A stretch of DNA of 64,000 nucleotides, taken from Spirochaetia bacterium. Its GTDB lineage: Bacteria > Spirochaetota > Spirochaetia > CADAEX01. The translations under genes were made by a program, and so were the position numbers. Where the stretch lies: contig OY759746.1 of the NCBI GenBank assembly GCA_963662795.1, positions 1 to 64,000 of the forward strand. Direction: 5' to 3'. Each line of letters begins with the position of its first letter. The first letter of the stretch is position 1. Positions 28,876 to 38,487 of this stretch are shown here, piece after piece. The notes under the pieces are model-generated. The model did no database searches. It saw only the letters and a list, made by a program, of their open reading frames with translations, and was not told the origin of the DNA.

Positions 28876-29154
28876 TTATTCAGCTCTGACAAACAGGAAT
28901 TTAAGTACATTTGAATTTAGTTTGATTTCTTTTTCTGTTTCATCGACTTTAGCAGGGTCAAATTCAAGCTCATAATAAAAATAGTGTCCCTTGGACTGCT
29001 TTTTTATATCATACGCAAGAATTCTTTCTCCCTGGTCTTCTTCTTTAAGCACTGTCGCTGACTTGCTTTCCAGGATAGATTTGATAAATTCTTTGGCCTG
29101 TGCCAATTTATCTTCTTCACTTCTGAAGATAAATGTAGCTTCGTATTTCCTCAT
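28876..29154 (-). CDS. rpsF: 30S ribosomal protein S6
   Basis: MRKYEATFI and LAYDIKK; first gene of rpsF-ssb-rpsR. Confidence 0.97.
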   Translation of the reverse strand: MRKYEATFIFRSEEDKLAQAKEFIKSILESKSATVLKEEDQGERILAYDIKKQSKGHYFYYELEFDPAKVDETEKEIKLNSNVLKFLFVRAE

Positions 29155-29300
29155 GTTTCCTCCTTATGGTCATTTGATCCTTGCACACGGCAGGATAAAG
29201 AGGCCATGCCAAGCTATCATATAGAGTTATTAGTGTCAATGTCACAAAAGGGTCCTGCTTTTGAATCAAAACCGGCGGCAATGCAGTTAACAGTATAATT

Positions 29301-29972
29301 ATGGCTTACAGGGATATTGAAATAAGGGAACTGCCTGCCGAATGCAGGCCAAGGGAAAAGCTGTTCACACAGGGTGTCAGAAACCTTTCAGACAGGGAAC
29401 TTTTATCCATTATTCTTGGTAAAGGGATAAAGGGGAAAGGAGTCTGCAAATTGTCAGATGAAGTCCTCAAACAGCTGGATAATATAAATTACCGTATTGA
29501 TGATACACTTCTGCTGGAAATACCCGGCCTTGGAAAAGCAAAGATTGCATCAATGGCAGCCGGTATTGAATTTTCAAGGCGTATTTTATGCCCTGAAACA
29601 AAAAGGATAAAAGCGCCTTCCGATATTTACCCGTACATACGGCATTTTGCAGACAGAAAGCAGGAACTCTTTCTATCTGCTTCCCTGAATGGAGCTCACG
29701 AGATTATAGCAATAAGGACTGTAACAGTAGGGCTGATCAACCGGTCGCTTGTGCACCCCCGCGAGGTCTTCGCTGATCCTATTTCAGACAGGGCTGCCGC
29801 AATAATCGTCTGCCACAACCACCCCAGCGGGAACCTCGAGCCGAGCGGAGAAGACCTGGAAGTAACAAAACGCCTCACAGAGGCAGGAGACGTACTCGGC
29901 CTTCCCCTGCTCGATCACATAATATTCACTGAAACCGGCTACTACAGTTTTAAGGAGAATAATCCCGATTAA
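29301..29972 (+). CDS. radC: RadC/UPF0758 JAB-domain protein
   Basis: RPREKL, VHPREVF, HNHPSG and LLDHII. Confidence 0.95.
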   Translation: MAYRDIEIRELPAECRPREKLFTQGVRNLSDRELLSIILGKGIKGKGVCKLSDEVLKQLDNINYRIDDTLLLEIPGLGKAKIASMAAGIEFSRRILCPETKRIKAPSDIYPYIRHFADRKQELFLSASLNGAHEIIAIRTVTVGLINRSLVHPREVFADPISDRAAAIIVCHNHPSGNLEPSGEDLEVTKRLTEAGDVLGLPLLDHIIFTETGYYSFKENNPD

Positions 29973-30058
29973 TCTTTGCTGATTTGGGACAGAAAACTGC
30001 GGCATGCAATTTTGTATTTCTCCAGGGGTTATCCAATATTTCCTGAATTAAATAATTC

Positions 30059-30538
30059 TTATTTCAGGTTCTGTCTGAAATGAGCTGTAATACCGTTAAG
30101 GAATTTTTTAAGCAGCTGATCGCCGCATTCCTTATAGTTTTTATGGTTTTTATTTCTGAAAAGGGCGGAAAGTTCGGATTTGGTAATTTCAAATTCGCCA
30201 AGTCTGAACATTTCAAGCATATCAGCCTCTTTGAAATCAAGGGCAATCCTGAGCTTTTTAAGAATCATATTATTAGTAACATCTGCTTTCTTTATCAGAT
30301 TGGAGTCTGCTGCTGCATTTTCTTTTTTGCCGCGCCTGTCGATAATAAGGCCGTCAAGAAACATTTCAAGTTCCCTGTCGCTGCATTCAATAAAGCCTTC
30401 TTCATCTTCTTTTTTAACAATGTCAGGAACCAAAGATTCTGAAATATCGCCTCCTGCAAGTTTGAATATTGCAGTTACCGCCGAATCCCTTAAGTTAAGA
30501 GCGTATCTGATTCTTCTTAATATATCATTGTTGTTCAT
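30059..30538 (-). CDS. DUF1456 (YehS-like) protein
   Basis: Duplicated NNDILRRIRYAL / NNMILKKLRIAL modules. Confidence 0.92.
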   Translation of the reverse strand: MNNNDILRRIRYALNLRDSAVTAIFKLAGGDISESLVPDIVKKEDEEGFIECSDRELEMFLDGLIIDRRGKKENAAADSNLIKKADVTNNMILKKLRIALDFKEADMLEMFRLGEFEITKSELSALFRNKNHKNYKECGDQLLKKFLNGITAHFRQNLK

Positions 30539-30628
30539 ATCTGCCTCCAGTGCGCGTCGTATATATACCGGCTGTCAATCGGGATTTTAATGCAAAATTG
30601 AAATAATAAATACAGGATAGACTGGAAT

Positions 30629-30997
30629 TTATTTTTTTACCTTTTTATATGTAAATTTCTGATATCCTTCTCCGAACCCGAAATCTATTCCAAGTGTGAG
30701 TGTACCGCCGCCGTTAAAAGTAAAATTATAAACTGTTGTTTCACCGGAACTCTTCCACTTCATGGTGATTGTATTTTCTTCTGTCACGTATGTAAATGTA
30801 TCAAAATCCTTTCCATCTTCCAGTTTCCATTCTCCGGTTCCATCGCTGTTGAAAGTAAAAAAATCCCTGACAAGTACACCGTCCCACTCTTCCTCGCATA
30901 CCCATACACCGGATAAGGATTCCTGACCATACGCAGGCAAAGCCAGGACCAGGGGTAAAAACAGACAGAAAATAAAAGCAACGGTAAATTTATTCAT
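30629..30997 (-). CDS. Secreted beta-rich hypothetical protein (lipocalin-like GxW)
   Basis: Signal peptide, LSGVW and FNSDGTG. Start at 30997 after AAGGAG. Confidence 0.65.
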   Translation of the reverse strand: MNKFTVAFIFCLFLPLVLALPAYGQESLSGVWVCEEEWDGVLVRDFFTFNSDGTGEWKLEDGKDFDTFTYVTEENTITMKWKSSGETTVYNFTFNGGGTLTLGIDFGFGEGYQKFTYKKVKK

Positions 30998-31202
30998 TGC
31001 ATATCTTCTCCTTGGCATCACCTTCGCCGGTCATATGGACCAAATGGATAAAAAGTAATTCCGGGCATTTTTTAATCAGGCTAATTATTAAATTATTGAT
31101 TACTATCACCGGGTTGTCAATTCCGGAATTTTCAGGGAATCAGGGAAGTAAAATATTTTCATATAAGCAGTTTTATATTAAATATGGTATAATTCCGGAA
31201 TT

Positions 31203-32018
31203 ATGAATCTGCAGAATGACCTGACCGAAAGAGAAAAAGAACTCGACTGCCTTTACAGTATGGCAAAGTTACTCACAAGCGGCGAAACAGATACTCTTGC
31301 CATAATTTCATCGGCGGCCGGCTTCCTGAAGAACGCAATGACTCACCCGGAAAAAGCATCTGTAAATATTACAGCGGGGGAGAAGCATTTCGGCAGCAAT
31401 GTCCCGGAAACAAATGCAGCACTTATTCATTCCGAAAAAATATATAATGACGGTATAAAACTTGTTCTTAAATTATGGTATTCATCTGAAGATACATTTG
31501 TTGAAAGAGAAAGGAAACTGGTTGAATCCGCATCTTCGCTGCTTGCAAACGCAATATCCAGAAACACTTACTTAAGAAAACTTGAAGAACAGGCACAGGA
31601 ACTTGAGGAAAAAAATACAGCGCTCAGGGAAATCCTTTACCAGATAAGAAAAGACAGGGAAGATTTTATTGCAACAGTGAAACAGTCCACAGGTACATTT
31701 GTACAACCGCTGATATGTGAACTTGAAGGGACTGTACTTAATCACAGACAAAGCGCCATTTTAAATCAGCTTAAGATACAGATTGAATCACTGGTAACAG
31801 AACCGGGCAGCAGCATGAAGCATTTCGCTGATATTTTAACTCCAAGAGAGCTTGAAATATGTTCACTTGTAAAAAACGGCGAGGCTACAAAGGATATTGC
31901 AGCCCTGTTGGGAATTGCGCCTCTTACAGTGGAAAGACACAGAAATACAATAAGAAAAAAGCTTGGAATAAACAGGAAAGGGATAAATCTCATCAATTTT
32001 TTAAGAAACAGGTACTAA
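31203..32018 (+). CDS. LuxR-family transcriptional regulator with GAF-like N-terminal domain
   Basis: N-terminal LTEREKELDCLY, a coiled coil, and C-terminal LTPRELEIC...TKDIA..LGIAPLTVERHRNTIRKKLG. Confidence 0.9.
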   Translation: MNLQNDLTEREKELDCLYSMAKLLTSGETDTLAIISSAAGFLKNAMTHPEKASVNITAGEKHFGSNVPETNAALIHSEKIYNDGIKLVLKLWYSSEDTFVERERKLVESASSLLANAISRNTYLRKLEEQAQELEEKNTALREILYQIRKDREDFIATVKQSTGTFVQPLICELEGTVLNHRQSAILNQLKIQIESLVTEPGSSMKHFADILTPRELEICSLVKNGEATKDIAALLGIAPLTVERHRNTIRKKLGINRKGINLINFLRNRY

Positions 32019-32078
32019 ACATGTATATTTATTACCTGTTTTTTTAGCGTTGTATACCGGGATACTTATTCATATATT
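32007..32078 (+). promoter_or_regulatory. Inverted repeat (terminator or operator) followed by a sigma70 promoter for rnk
   Basis: AAACAGGTA...TACCTGTTT, then TTGTAT-17-TATATT at 32050-32078. Confidence 0.5.
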
Positions 32079-32104
32079 AGATATATTATCTGGAGGGTTA
32101 GTAT

Positions 32105-32521
32105 ATGGCCAAAAAAATTGTATTATTCAACAGCGATTATAAAAAACTTGTCAAACTCGTTCAGGTATATAAAGATTCCAACCGCCTCAAATCAAAACAT
32201 CTTTTAAAACTGGCAGAAGAGCTTAAAAACGCAAAAGTAATAGGAGATGACCTTCACGGCAGCCATAAACATGACGCTGTAAGTATAAATTCAACTGTCG
32301 TTTTCAAAAACCTTGATACAGGTGAAACAATGCAGGTTACTGTTGTTTTTCCTGCTGATACTGACCAGGAAGGAAGCAGGGTATCAATTCTCTCTCCGCT
32401 CGGGACTGCACTCATTGGTGAAGAGGAAAACAATCTCACAACCTGCCTTGCCCCCGAAGGACAAATTCCGCTTCGCATTGAGAAAATACTTTCAAAGCAG
32501 ATGCAGACAGCAGGTAATTGA
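32105..32521 (+). CDS. rnk: Rnk-type GreA/GreB-family RNA polymerase-binding factor
   Basis: Short N-terminal hairpin (DYKKL...LAEELKNA) and a Gre C-terminal domain with VFPAD and VSILSPLGTALIG. Confidence 0.85.
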   Translation: MAKKIVLFNSDYKKLVKLVQVYKDSNRLKSKHLLKLAEELKNAKVIGDDLHGSHKHDAVSINSTVVFKNLDTGETMQVTVVFPADTDQEGSRVSILSPLGTALIGEEENNLTTCLAPEGQIPLRIEKILSKQMQTAGN

Positions 32522-32562
32522 AATAATGCTCAAACTCCATTAGACTGCTGCCAGTTAACAGA

Positions 32563-33603
32563 ATGCATAAAATTACAGCTTTTACACAGGAAGAGGCCAT
32601 GCTGGTTGATAAATCAGCTGACATCTTTAAAGAAAAAGGGAAAGATATTTACTCAAATTTCATAAGGCAGAAAAAAGATCTAACCATTTTGGCTGAACTT
32701 GTGTCGAGAACACCCTCATTACGTTCAGGGGAAAGGCATGGAATGTCAAAACGTGATATCAATACAATGGCTGAAACCCTTTCCCTGACAGGAACAGCAA
32801 ATCCCCTTCTTCTTCCGACAAGAGCTACAATGGGAAGATGTTTCATTCTGACAAAGATTAATTTTTTCTCATTTATTACCAAAATTCTGATAACAATTGA
32901 GACAAATACACTGCTGGCCAGGGAGATACAGTTTTGCTGCAACAAACTGGTTTTTTCCCTCATGGCAGAGAAAGCTTATGAAGCTATTATTGAAAATGAG
33001 ATTGCTTCAGGCAGCATAATTAAAGCTGCGGCAGATGAGCTCTCTTTCCTGTGGGAATACAGGATGGACAGGAATCTTGATTCTTTCTCCCCCCCGCTGA
33101 TGGCACTCTGGAAAGAAAGGTGCGATGCGGTTCCGGTTCTGGGAACCTTGCAGGGAACAATGGAGGTGCTCAGAATCTCAATCAACCTTCCTGATATCTG
33201 GGGTGACTTTCTTGCTTCACCGGCAAATAAGAGCTGTATGGAACAGGCGCTTGAAGAATTTGTATTCGGCCTCAGTTTTGAAGAGATAACCCACCTGAGA
33301 CGCATTATGGAATCTTTCGATATTTCCGCAATTGACAGGGTAAAAGCTGTTGAAATTCTTAAAAAAGAAAAATTGTATAAGGAAAAACAGGGTATTTTCC
33401 TGCGGGGCGACGCAAGGGCAATATATTCTTTCTTTCACATCAGGAATGAAAATGCTGTAAAAAGAAAGCTTCAGGGTTCTCCGGGCCCCCGGCAGACAAT
33501 AGAAGAACTTTTTCTCATCTACCTTCTTGAAATAAAGAAAGAGGATTTCAAATCTGTAATTAAAAAATCCTTCACAAAGCTTTTCAGGGTATTTAAAAAA
33601 TAA
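32563..33603 (+). CDS. Hypothetical alpha-helical protein
   Basis: Long intact ORF with no recognisable catalytic motif. Segments PVLGTLQGT and ALEEFVFGLSFEEI recall spirochaete conserved hypotheticals (from memory). Confidence 0.75.
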   Translation: MHKITAFTQEEAMLVDKSADIFKEKGKDIYSNFIRQKKDLTILAELVSRTPSLRSGERHGMSKRDINTMAETLSLTGTANPLLLPTRATMGRCFILTKINFFSFITKILITIETNTLLAREIQFCCNKLVFSLMAEKAYEAIIENEIASGSIIKAAADELSFLWEYRMDRNLDSFSPPLMALWKERCDAVPVLGTLQGTMEVLRISINLPDIWGDFLASPANKSCMEQALEEFVFGLSFEEITHLRRIMESFDISAIDRVKAVEILKKEKLYKEKQGIFLRGDARAIYSFFHIRNENAVKRKLQGSPGPRQTIEELFLIYLLEIKKEDFKSVIKKSFTKLFRVFKK

Positions 33604-33668
33604 TAGCCCCGTTTAAGCAGTCAGCAAAAACAGGGTATTGATTATAAAACTTTTTAATGCAGGGCAGC

Positions 33669-35354
33669 TTATTCCCTTGTAAGATGCCTGTATTTTATCC
33701 TGTGAGGCTGATCATCGCTTATACCGAGCCTCTCTTTCCTGTTTGCCTCATATTCCGAATAGTTGCCTTCAAACCAGAATACTTTGCTGTCTCCCTCAAA
33801 TGCGAGAATATGGGTGGCTATCCTGTCCAGGAACCATCTGTCATGGCTTATTACAACAGCGCATCCTGCAAAATTGATTAGTCCTTCCTCAAGCGCCCTC
33901 ATTGTATTGACATCAAGATCGTTTGTCGGCTCATCAAGAAGAATTACATTCGCCCCCTCTTTAAGCATCATTGATATATTTATCCTGTTTCTTTCTCCGC
34001 CGGAAAGCACCCCGATTTTTTTCTGCTGATCAGCGCCCGTAAAGTTGAATTTCGCGACATAAGCCCTTGAATTGATTTCACGGGTACCTAATTTTACAAT
34101 GTCGCTGCCGCCTGAAATCATGTCATATACTGTTTTGTCATCCTTAAGAAGTTCCCTTGTCTGGTCAACATAGGCAAGCTTTACAGTCTCTCCTATTCTT
34201 ATTGTCCCCTTATCCGGTTTTTCCTGGCCTGTTATCATCTTAAAAAGTGTTGTTTTACCTGCGCCGTTAGGACCGACAATCCCTATTATGCCGCCCGGCG
34301 GCAGCGAGAAAGTCATATCCTCTACAAGAACCCTGTCACCGTAGCTTTTTGTAATTCCCTCAGTTTCAATTACAAGATTTCCGAGCCTTGGCCCAGCCGG
34401 GATATATATCTGAAGATCCTTTGTCCTGGCTTCATTTTCCTGGCTGAGGAGGTTTTCATAGGCGTTTATCCTTGCCTTTGACTTGGTATGTCTTCCTTTT
34501 GGACTAAGGCGTATCCATTCAAGCTCTCTCTGGAGCGTCTTCTGTTTTTCAGTTTCCTGTTTTTCCTCTTCCCTCAGCCTCTGTTCCTTCTGCTCAAGCC
34601 AGGATGAGTAATTCCCTTTCCAGGGAATACCCTTGCCCCTGTCAAGCTCAAGTATCCAGCCTGCTACATTGTCAAGAAAGTACCTGTCATGAGTGACCGC
34701 GATAATCGTTCCTTCATACCTCTGGAGATGGTGCTCAAGCCAGGCGACTGTTTCAGCGTCAAGATGGTTTGTCGGCTCATCAAGGAGGAGAATGTCCGGT
34801 TTCTGAAGCAGCAGTCTGCAAAGCGCCACCCTTCTTTTTTCTCCGCCGGAAAGTACCCCTGTTTTCATATCTTCGGGCGGGCATCTTAATGCTTCCATTG
34901 CCATATCAAGCCTTGAGTCAAGGTCCCATGCGTTAAGGTTATCCAGCTTTTCCTGTATTTTCCCCTGTTTATCAAGGAGTGAGTTCATCTCATCCTCTTC
35001 CATGGGCTGGGAAAATTTTTCATTTATCTCATCGTATTCCTTGAGCATGGCTACGACGGAGGCTACCCCCTCTTCCACAACTTCCCTGACTGTCTTTTCA
35101 GGATCGAGTTGGGGCTCCTGTTCAAGGTAGCCGATTGTATAGCCAGGGGACAGGACTGTTTCGCCGTTAAACTGGGTGTCAACACCTGCGAGGATTTTAA
35201 GCAGTGAGCTTTTTCCTGATCCGTTAAGTCCGAGCACGCCGATTTTTGCGCCGTAAAAATATGACAGATAAATATCCTCAAGTATCTTTTTAGTGCCATG
35301 GGTTTTGCTTACCCGTACCATTGAATATATTACTTTATTTTCTTCGTTTGCCAT
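33669..35354 (-). CDS. ettA: ABC-F translational throttle EttA
   Basis: GAKIGVLGLNGSGKS, two ABC domains, GNYSSWLEQK and PHRIKY tail. Confidence 0.96.
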   Translation of the reverse strand: MANEENKVIYSMVRVSKTHGTKKILEDIYLSYFYGAKIGVLGLNGSGKSSLLKILAGVDTQFNGETVLSPGYTIGYLEQEPQLDPEKTVREVVEEGVASVVAMLKEYDEINEKFSQPMEEDEMNSLLDKQGKIQEKLDNLNAWDLDSRLDMAMEALRCPPEDMKTGVLSGGEKRRVALCRLLLQKPDILLLDEPTNHLDAETVAWLEHHLQRYEGTIIAVTHDRYFLDNVAGWILELDRGKGIPWKGNYSSWLEQKEQRLREEEKQETEKQKTLQRELEWIRLSPKGRHTKSKARINAYENLLSQENEARTKDLQIYIPAGPRLGNLVIETEGITKSYGDRVLVEDMTFSLPPGGIIGIVGPNGAGKTTLFKMITGQEKPDKGTIRIGETVKLAYVDQTRELLKDDKTVYDMISGGSDIVKLGTREINSRAYVAKFNFTGADQQKKIGVLSGGERNRINISMMLKEGANVILLDEPTNDLDVNTMRALEEGLINFAGCAVVISHDRWFLDRIATHILAFEGDSKVFWFEGNYSEYEANRKERLGISDDQPHRIKYRHLTRE

Positions 35355-35487
35355 TTTTCCCTCTTGTGTTATATATTTACGCTAATTGTTGTTTGTTGTT
35401 TTTGGAACTGCGTTTACTGTGTTAAGCATTTTCTGTTATTAGATCAAAATAGTCAAGACAGACCTTATCCCTGCTTTTGTCCGGCAA

Positions 35488-38409
35488 TCAGATATCAAGT
35501 GTAATTTTTCTGAAATTGTTCTCACTAAAATATTTTTTATATTTTTTATATGATTCCCGTCCTGTCAGAACGCATCTGCTGTTTTTCATAAATTGATTTC
35601 TGAGCATATCGGCAGAAGCGGCAATATTTTTTATCCCTGTATCAAGCATAACATTACGGCTCTTCTGCCTGAGATCATCATCAAGGCCGTAGATTTTTCG
35701 CCTGATATTTATCACCCCTTTTTCCCCCGGAGCAAGAGGCCTTATTTCCCTTCCTGTGCCGCTTATTACTGCTTTAAGCAGCATCTCTTCTGATACAGAT
35801 TTTTCTGAAACTGATTTTAAGGATTCATAAAATATATTCTGGGTCTCCTCAATATTCGGATCCCGGTAGGATGAGAAAGAAAAAAGGCCTTCCATGCCGT
35901 TTGCGACTACCCCGACGCCGTATGCCCCGCCGTCCATTCTGATTCTGTCCCACAGATATCCTGTTTCAATAATCCGTGATAATATTTTCTCATAAACATA
36001 TTCATCACTCCCCACCCTTGAAGAAGGAAAAACCGCACCGTTGTAGCTGACCATGGACGGAACAAGGATAAGGCTGTTTGCTGGCTCAGCAGCGGAGCTT
36101 CCCCGGCCTGACGCGCCTGCCTGAGGGGTTTTATAAAAAGGAGCAGCCCTATCAGAACCTGCCGGCAGATGACTCTTCAGAATCTGATAGCATCTGTCAA
36201 TATCACTTTCATCAGATGTAATACCTGAGACTGAATGAGGAGATCCGGCAATAAATCCTTTAATTTCCAGAAGATTTGCAGATACAGTCTCAAGATTTTT
36301 TTTATCATCTGTATTGATTGACTGAAGGAAAAACAGCTGGCTTATACCGCTCCACTTTTCCTGAAGAGAGAGGGATGATGAATAATCTTTCGAGGCATAA
36401 AGTGTTGCAGTATAATTACCTCTTCTTACAATTGAAGCTTTAAGATCATTTACCATCTCCCTTATTATATCTTTAAGCCTTGAAAGATCGCTGAAATCAG
36501 CATTAGCAAGGATGTCAAAAATAAAGTCTGCCGCTTCTCCATAGCGGGAAGAAAGGGATTTAAAATGGACAGAGAGAATCTCAAGCACATTGCCGTTTAC
36601 ACTTTTCCCTGTTTCAGGCGACACATAAAATCCACCTGCCTTAAGATTCATCATTTTAGCGGTATCATAATAAGGTATTCCGGGCAATCCGGTTTCTCTG
36701 ATGAACTTCGAAAAAAGAGGAAGGTATATTTTAAGGTTTTCACCAAGAGGGGCAATATCATAAAAAAGATCTGTATAGGTAATACCTGCGGTATAAAAAG
36801 AATGAAGAAAGCATCCGCAGCCTGTTTCCTTTTTCTCGACAAAAGGGATAATTTCAACTTTTTCAGGAATATCTTTTTTTTCAAGAACAGGAATCCTTGC
36901 AATATCTTCTTCCCTGTCACTTTCTCCCTGATATTCACCAAATACAGCGGTTTCCCGCTCTGCCCTTTCCGCCATATCCCTGTCAGGGATTATATCATCT
37001 GTATCCCCTGAATTATTATCGTTATCCGGCATAACAGTTACTATTGACCTGTGGATGTTCTCAAGAAGTTTTTCCCTTATCAGTTTTTCAAAAAATCTTT
37101 CATCCCTGAAAAGTTCAGCGCGGACTTCATCCATCAGCTGATTAAACTTCAGGGTTACCTCCGGGGCAAGGCCGTGCAGCCATCCCTGGCAGCACATATT
37201 CATCAGCTTTAATCCGAAGGGTCTCCCCCCCCTTATTTCCCTGTTTGCGAATTCGAACTGTCTCAAAGTCCCTTCAACAAGATCAGGATCAAAACCCTTG
37301 TCTGTAATATCCTTAAGGCATTTGAAAACAAGTTTTTCGAATTCGCCCCTTTTTTCAGCTTTTGTCCCTCTCACGCCTACTGAAAAGGTTATCTGCCTGA
37401 TATCAGTATCAGCGCCGCTGACAGGCGAAAGGTCTTCTCCTATTCCAGAATCAATAATTGCCAGATAAAGGGGGGCTCCTGAGCTCCCTATAAGAAGTTC
37501 GCAGAGGATTTCTGTCTTGAGCGCATCAAGAGGATCTGTTGAGTTTCCGCACAGCCAGTTGATTGTTATACTTGTAACTCCGCTTCCCTCTTCCGAGTGC
37601 GCAGTCTTTTCCAGGTAAACAGGCTGATCAAGTCTTTCCTGTATTTCAATCTCCCCGATTTCTGATGAATGACTGAAACGTGACAGGAATTTATTATCGA
37701 TAAAATCAAGCTGCTTTTCTGTATCAATATTTCCATAAAGAAATATCCTGGCATTGGACGGGTGATAATATTTTGCATGAAAATCCCTGAATTCCCTATA
37801 GCTCAATTTTCTGATTTCTTCAGGCGTGCCTCCGGAATCAAATCTGTAGGCTGTATCAGGGAACAAGGACCTGGTTGACCATTCCGCGAGGACAGAATTA
37901 TGCTCGCTGTAATTCCCCTTCATCTCGTTATACACCACGCCGCCATATGTACAGCTGCCGTCCTCATTCTTCTGCACCCTTATACCTTCCTGCAGAAAAG
38001 TAGCTTCCCTCAGGAGAGGGAAAAAAACAGCGTCACCGTAGACAGACATCAGATTGAAATAATCCGCCTCGACTATGCTCGACGCGGGGTATACAGTCTT
38101 GTCAGGGTATGTCATTGCATTCAGAAAAGTGTACATGCTGCTTTTTAAAAGCTGCACAAAAGGATCTTTCAACGGGAATTTTTCAGACCCGGCAAGAACA
38201 GAATGTTCAACAATGTGTGCCGTTCCTTTACTTTCGAACGGTATAGTTTTAAAAATAAATGAAAAAAGATTTTCCTCATCATTATTGCTTATATGATAAA
38301 GCTCACATCCGGTTTTTACATGCCGGAAAAGCCTGCCTTCAGACTTGAATTCTGTCAAATTATCTATTGATTCAAGAGTAAACCCGCTGATTACATCGCC
38401 GATCTGCAT
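35488..38409 (-). CDS. M16C insulinase-family peptidase (PreP/Cym1-like)
   Basis: HIVEH zinc motif, FLNAMTYPDKT, GVVYNEMKG, GGAYG and SYRDP. Confidence 0.95.
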   Translation of the reverse strand: MQIGDVISGFTLESIDNLTEFKSEGRLFRHVKTGCELYHISNNDEENLFSFIFKTIPFESKGTAHIVEHSVLAGSEKFPLKDPFVQLLKSSMYTFLNAMTYPDKTVYPASSIVEADYFNLMSVYGDAVFFPLLREATFLQEGIRVQKNEDGSCTYGGVVYNEMKGNYSEHNSVLAEWSTRSLFPDTAYRFDSGGTPEEIRKLSYREFRDFHAKYYHPSNARIFLYGNIDTEKQLDFIDNKFLSRFSHSSEIGEIEIQERLDQPVYLEKTAHSEEGSGVTSITINWLCGNSTDPLDALKTEILCELLIGSSGAPLYLAIIDSGIGEDLSPVSGADTDIRQITFSVGVRGTKAEKRGEFEKLVFKCLKDITDKGFDPDLVEGTLRQFEFANREIRGGRPFGLKLMNMCCQGWLHGLAPEVTLKFNQLMDEVRAELFRDERFFEKLIREKLLENIHRSIVTVMPDNDNNSGDTDDIIPDRDMAERAERETAVFGEYQGESDREEDIARIPVLEKKDIPEKVEIIPFVEKKETGCGCFLHSFYTAGITYTDLFYDIAPLGENLKIYLPLFSKFIRETGLPGIPYYDTAKMMNLKAGGFYVSPETGKSVNGNVLEILSVHFKSLSSRYGEAADFIFDILANADFSDLSRLKDIIREMVNDLKASIVRRGNYTATLYASKDYSSSLSLQEKWSGISQLFFLQSINTDDKKNLETVSANLLEIKGFIAGSPHSVSGITSDESDIDRCYQILKSHLPAGSDRAAPFYKTPQAGASGRGSSAAEPANSLILVPSMVSYNGAVFPSSRVGSDEYVYEKILSRIIETGYLWDRIRMDGGAYGVGVVANGMEGLFSFSSYRDPNIEETQNIFYESLKSVSEKSVSEEMLLKAVISGTGREIRPLAPGEKGVINIRRKIYGLDDDLRQKSRNVMLDTGIKNIAASADMLRNQFMKNSRCVLTGRESYKKYKKYFSENNFRKITLDI

Positions 38410-38487
38410 TAATTCTCCTTAACCTGTACTATTCATCTTTAAAGCCGTATCTGATGCCGTCTTTGCCGGCATCGCCCTGATACCGGG

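Noticed and set aside
29301-29972. radC as a marker of a mobile element
   Set aside because: It is the full-length chromosomal type next to rpsF, with no mobility genes nearby.
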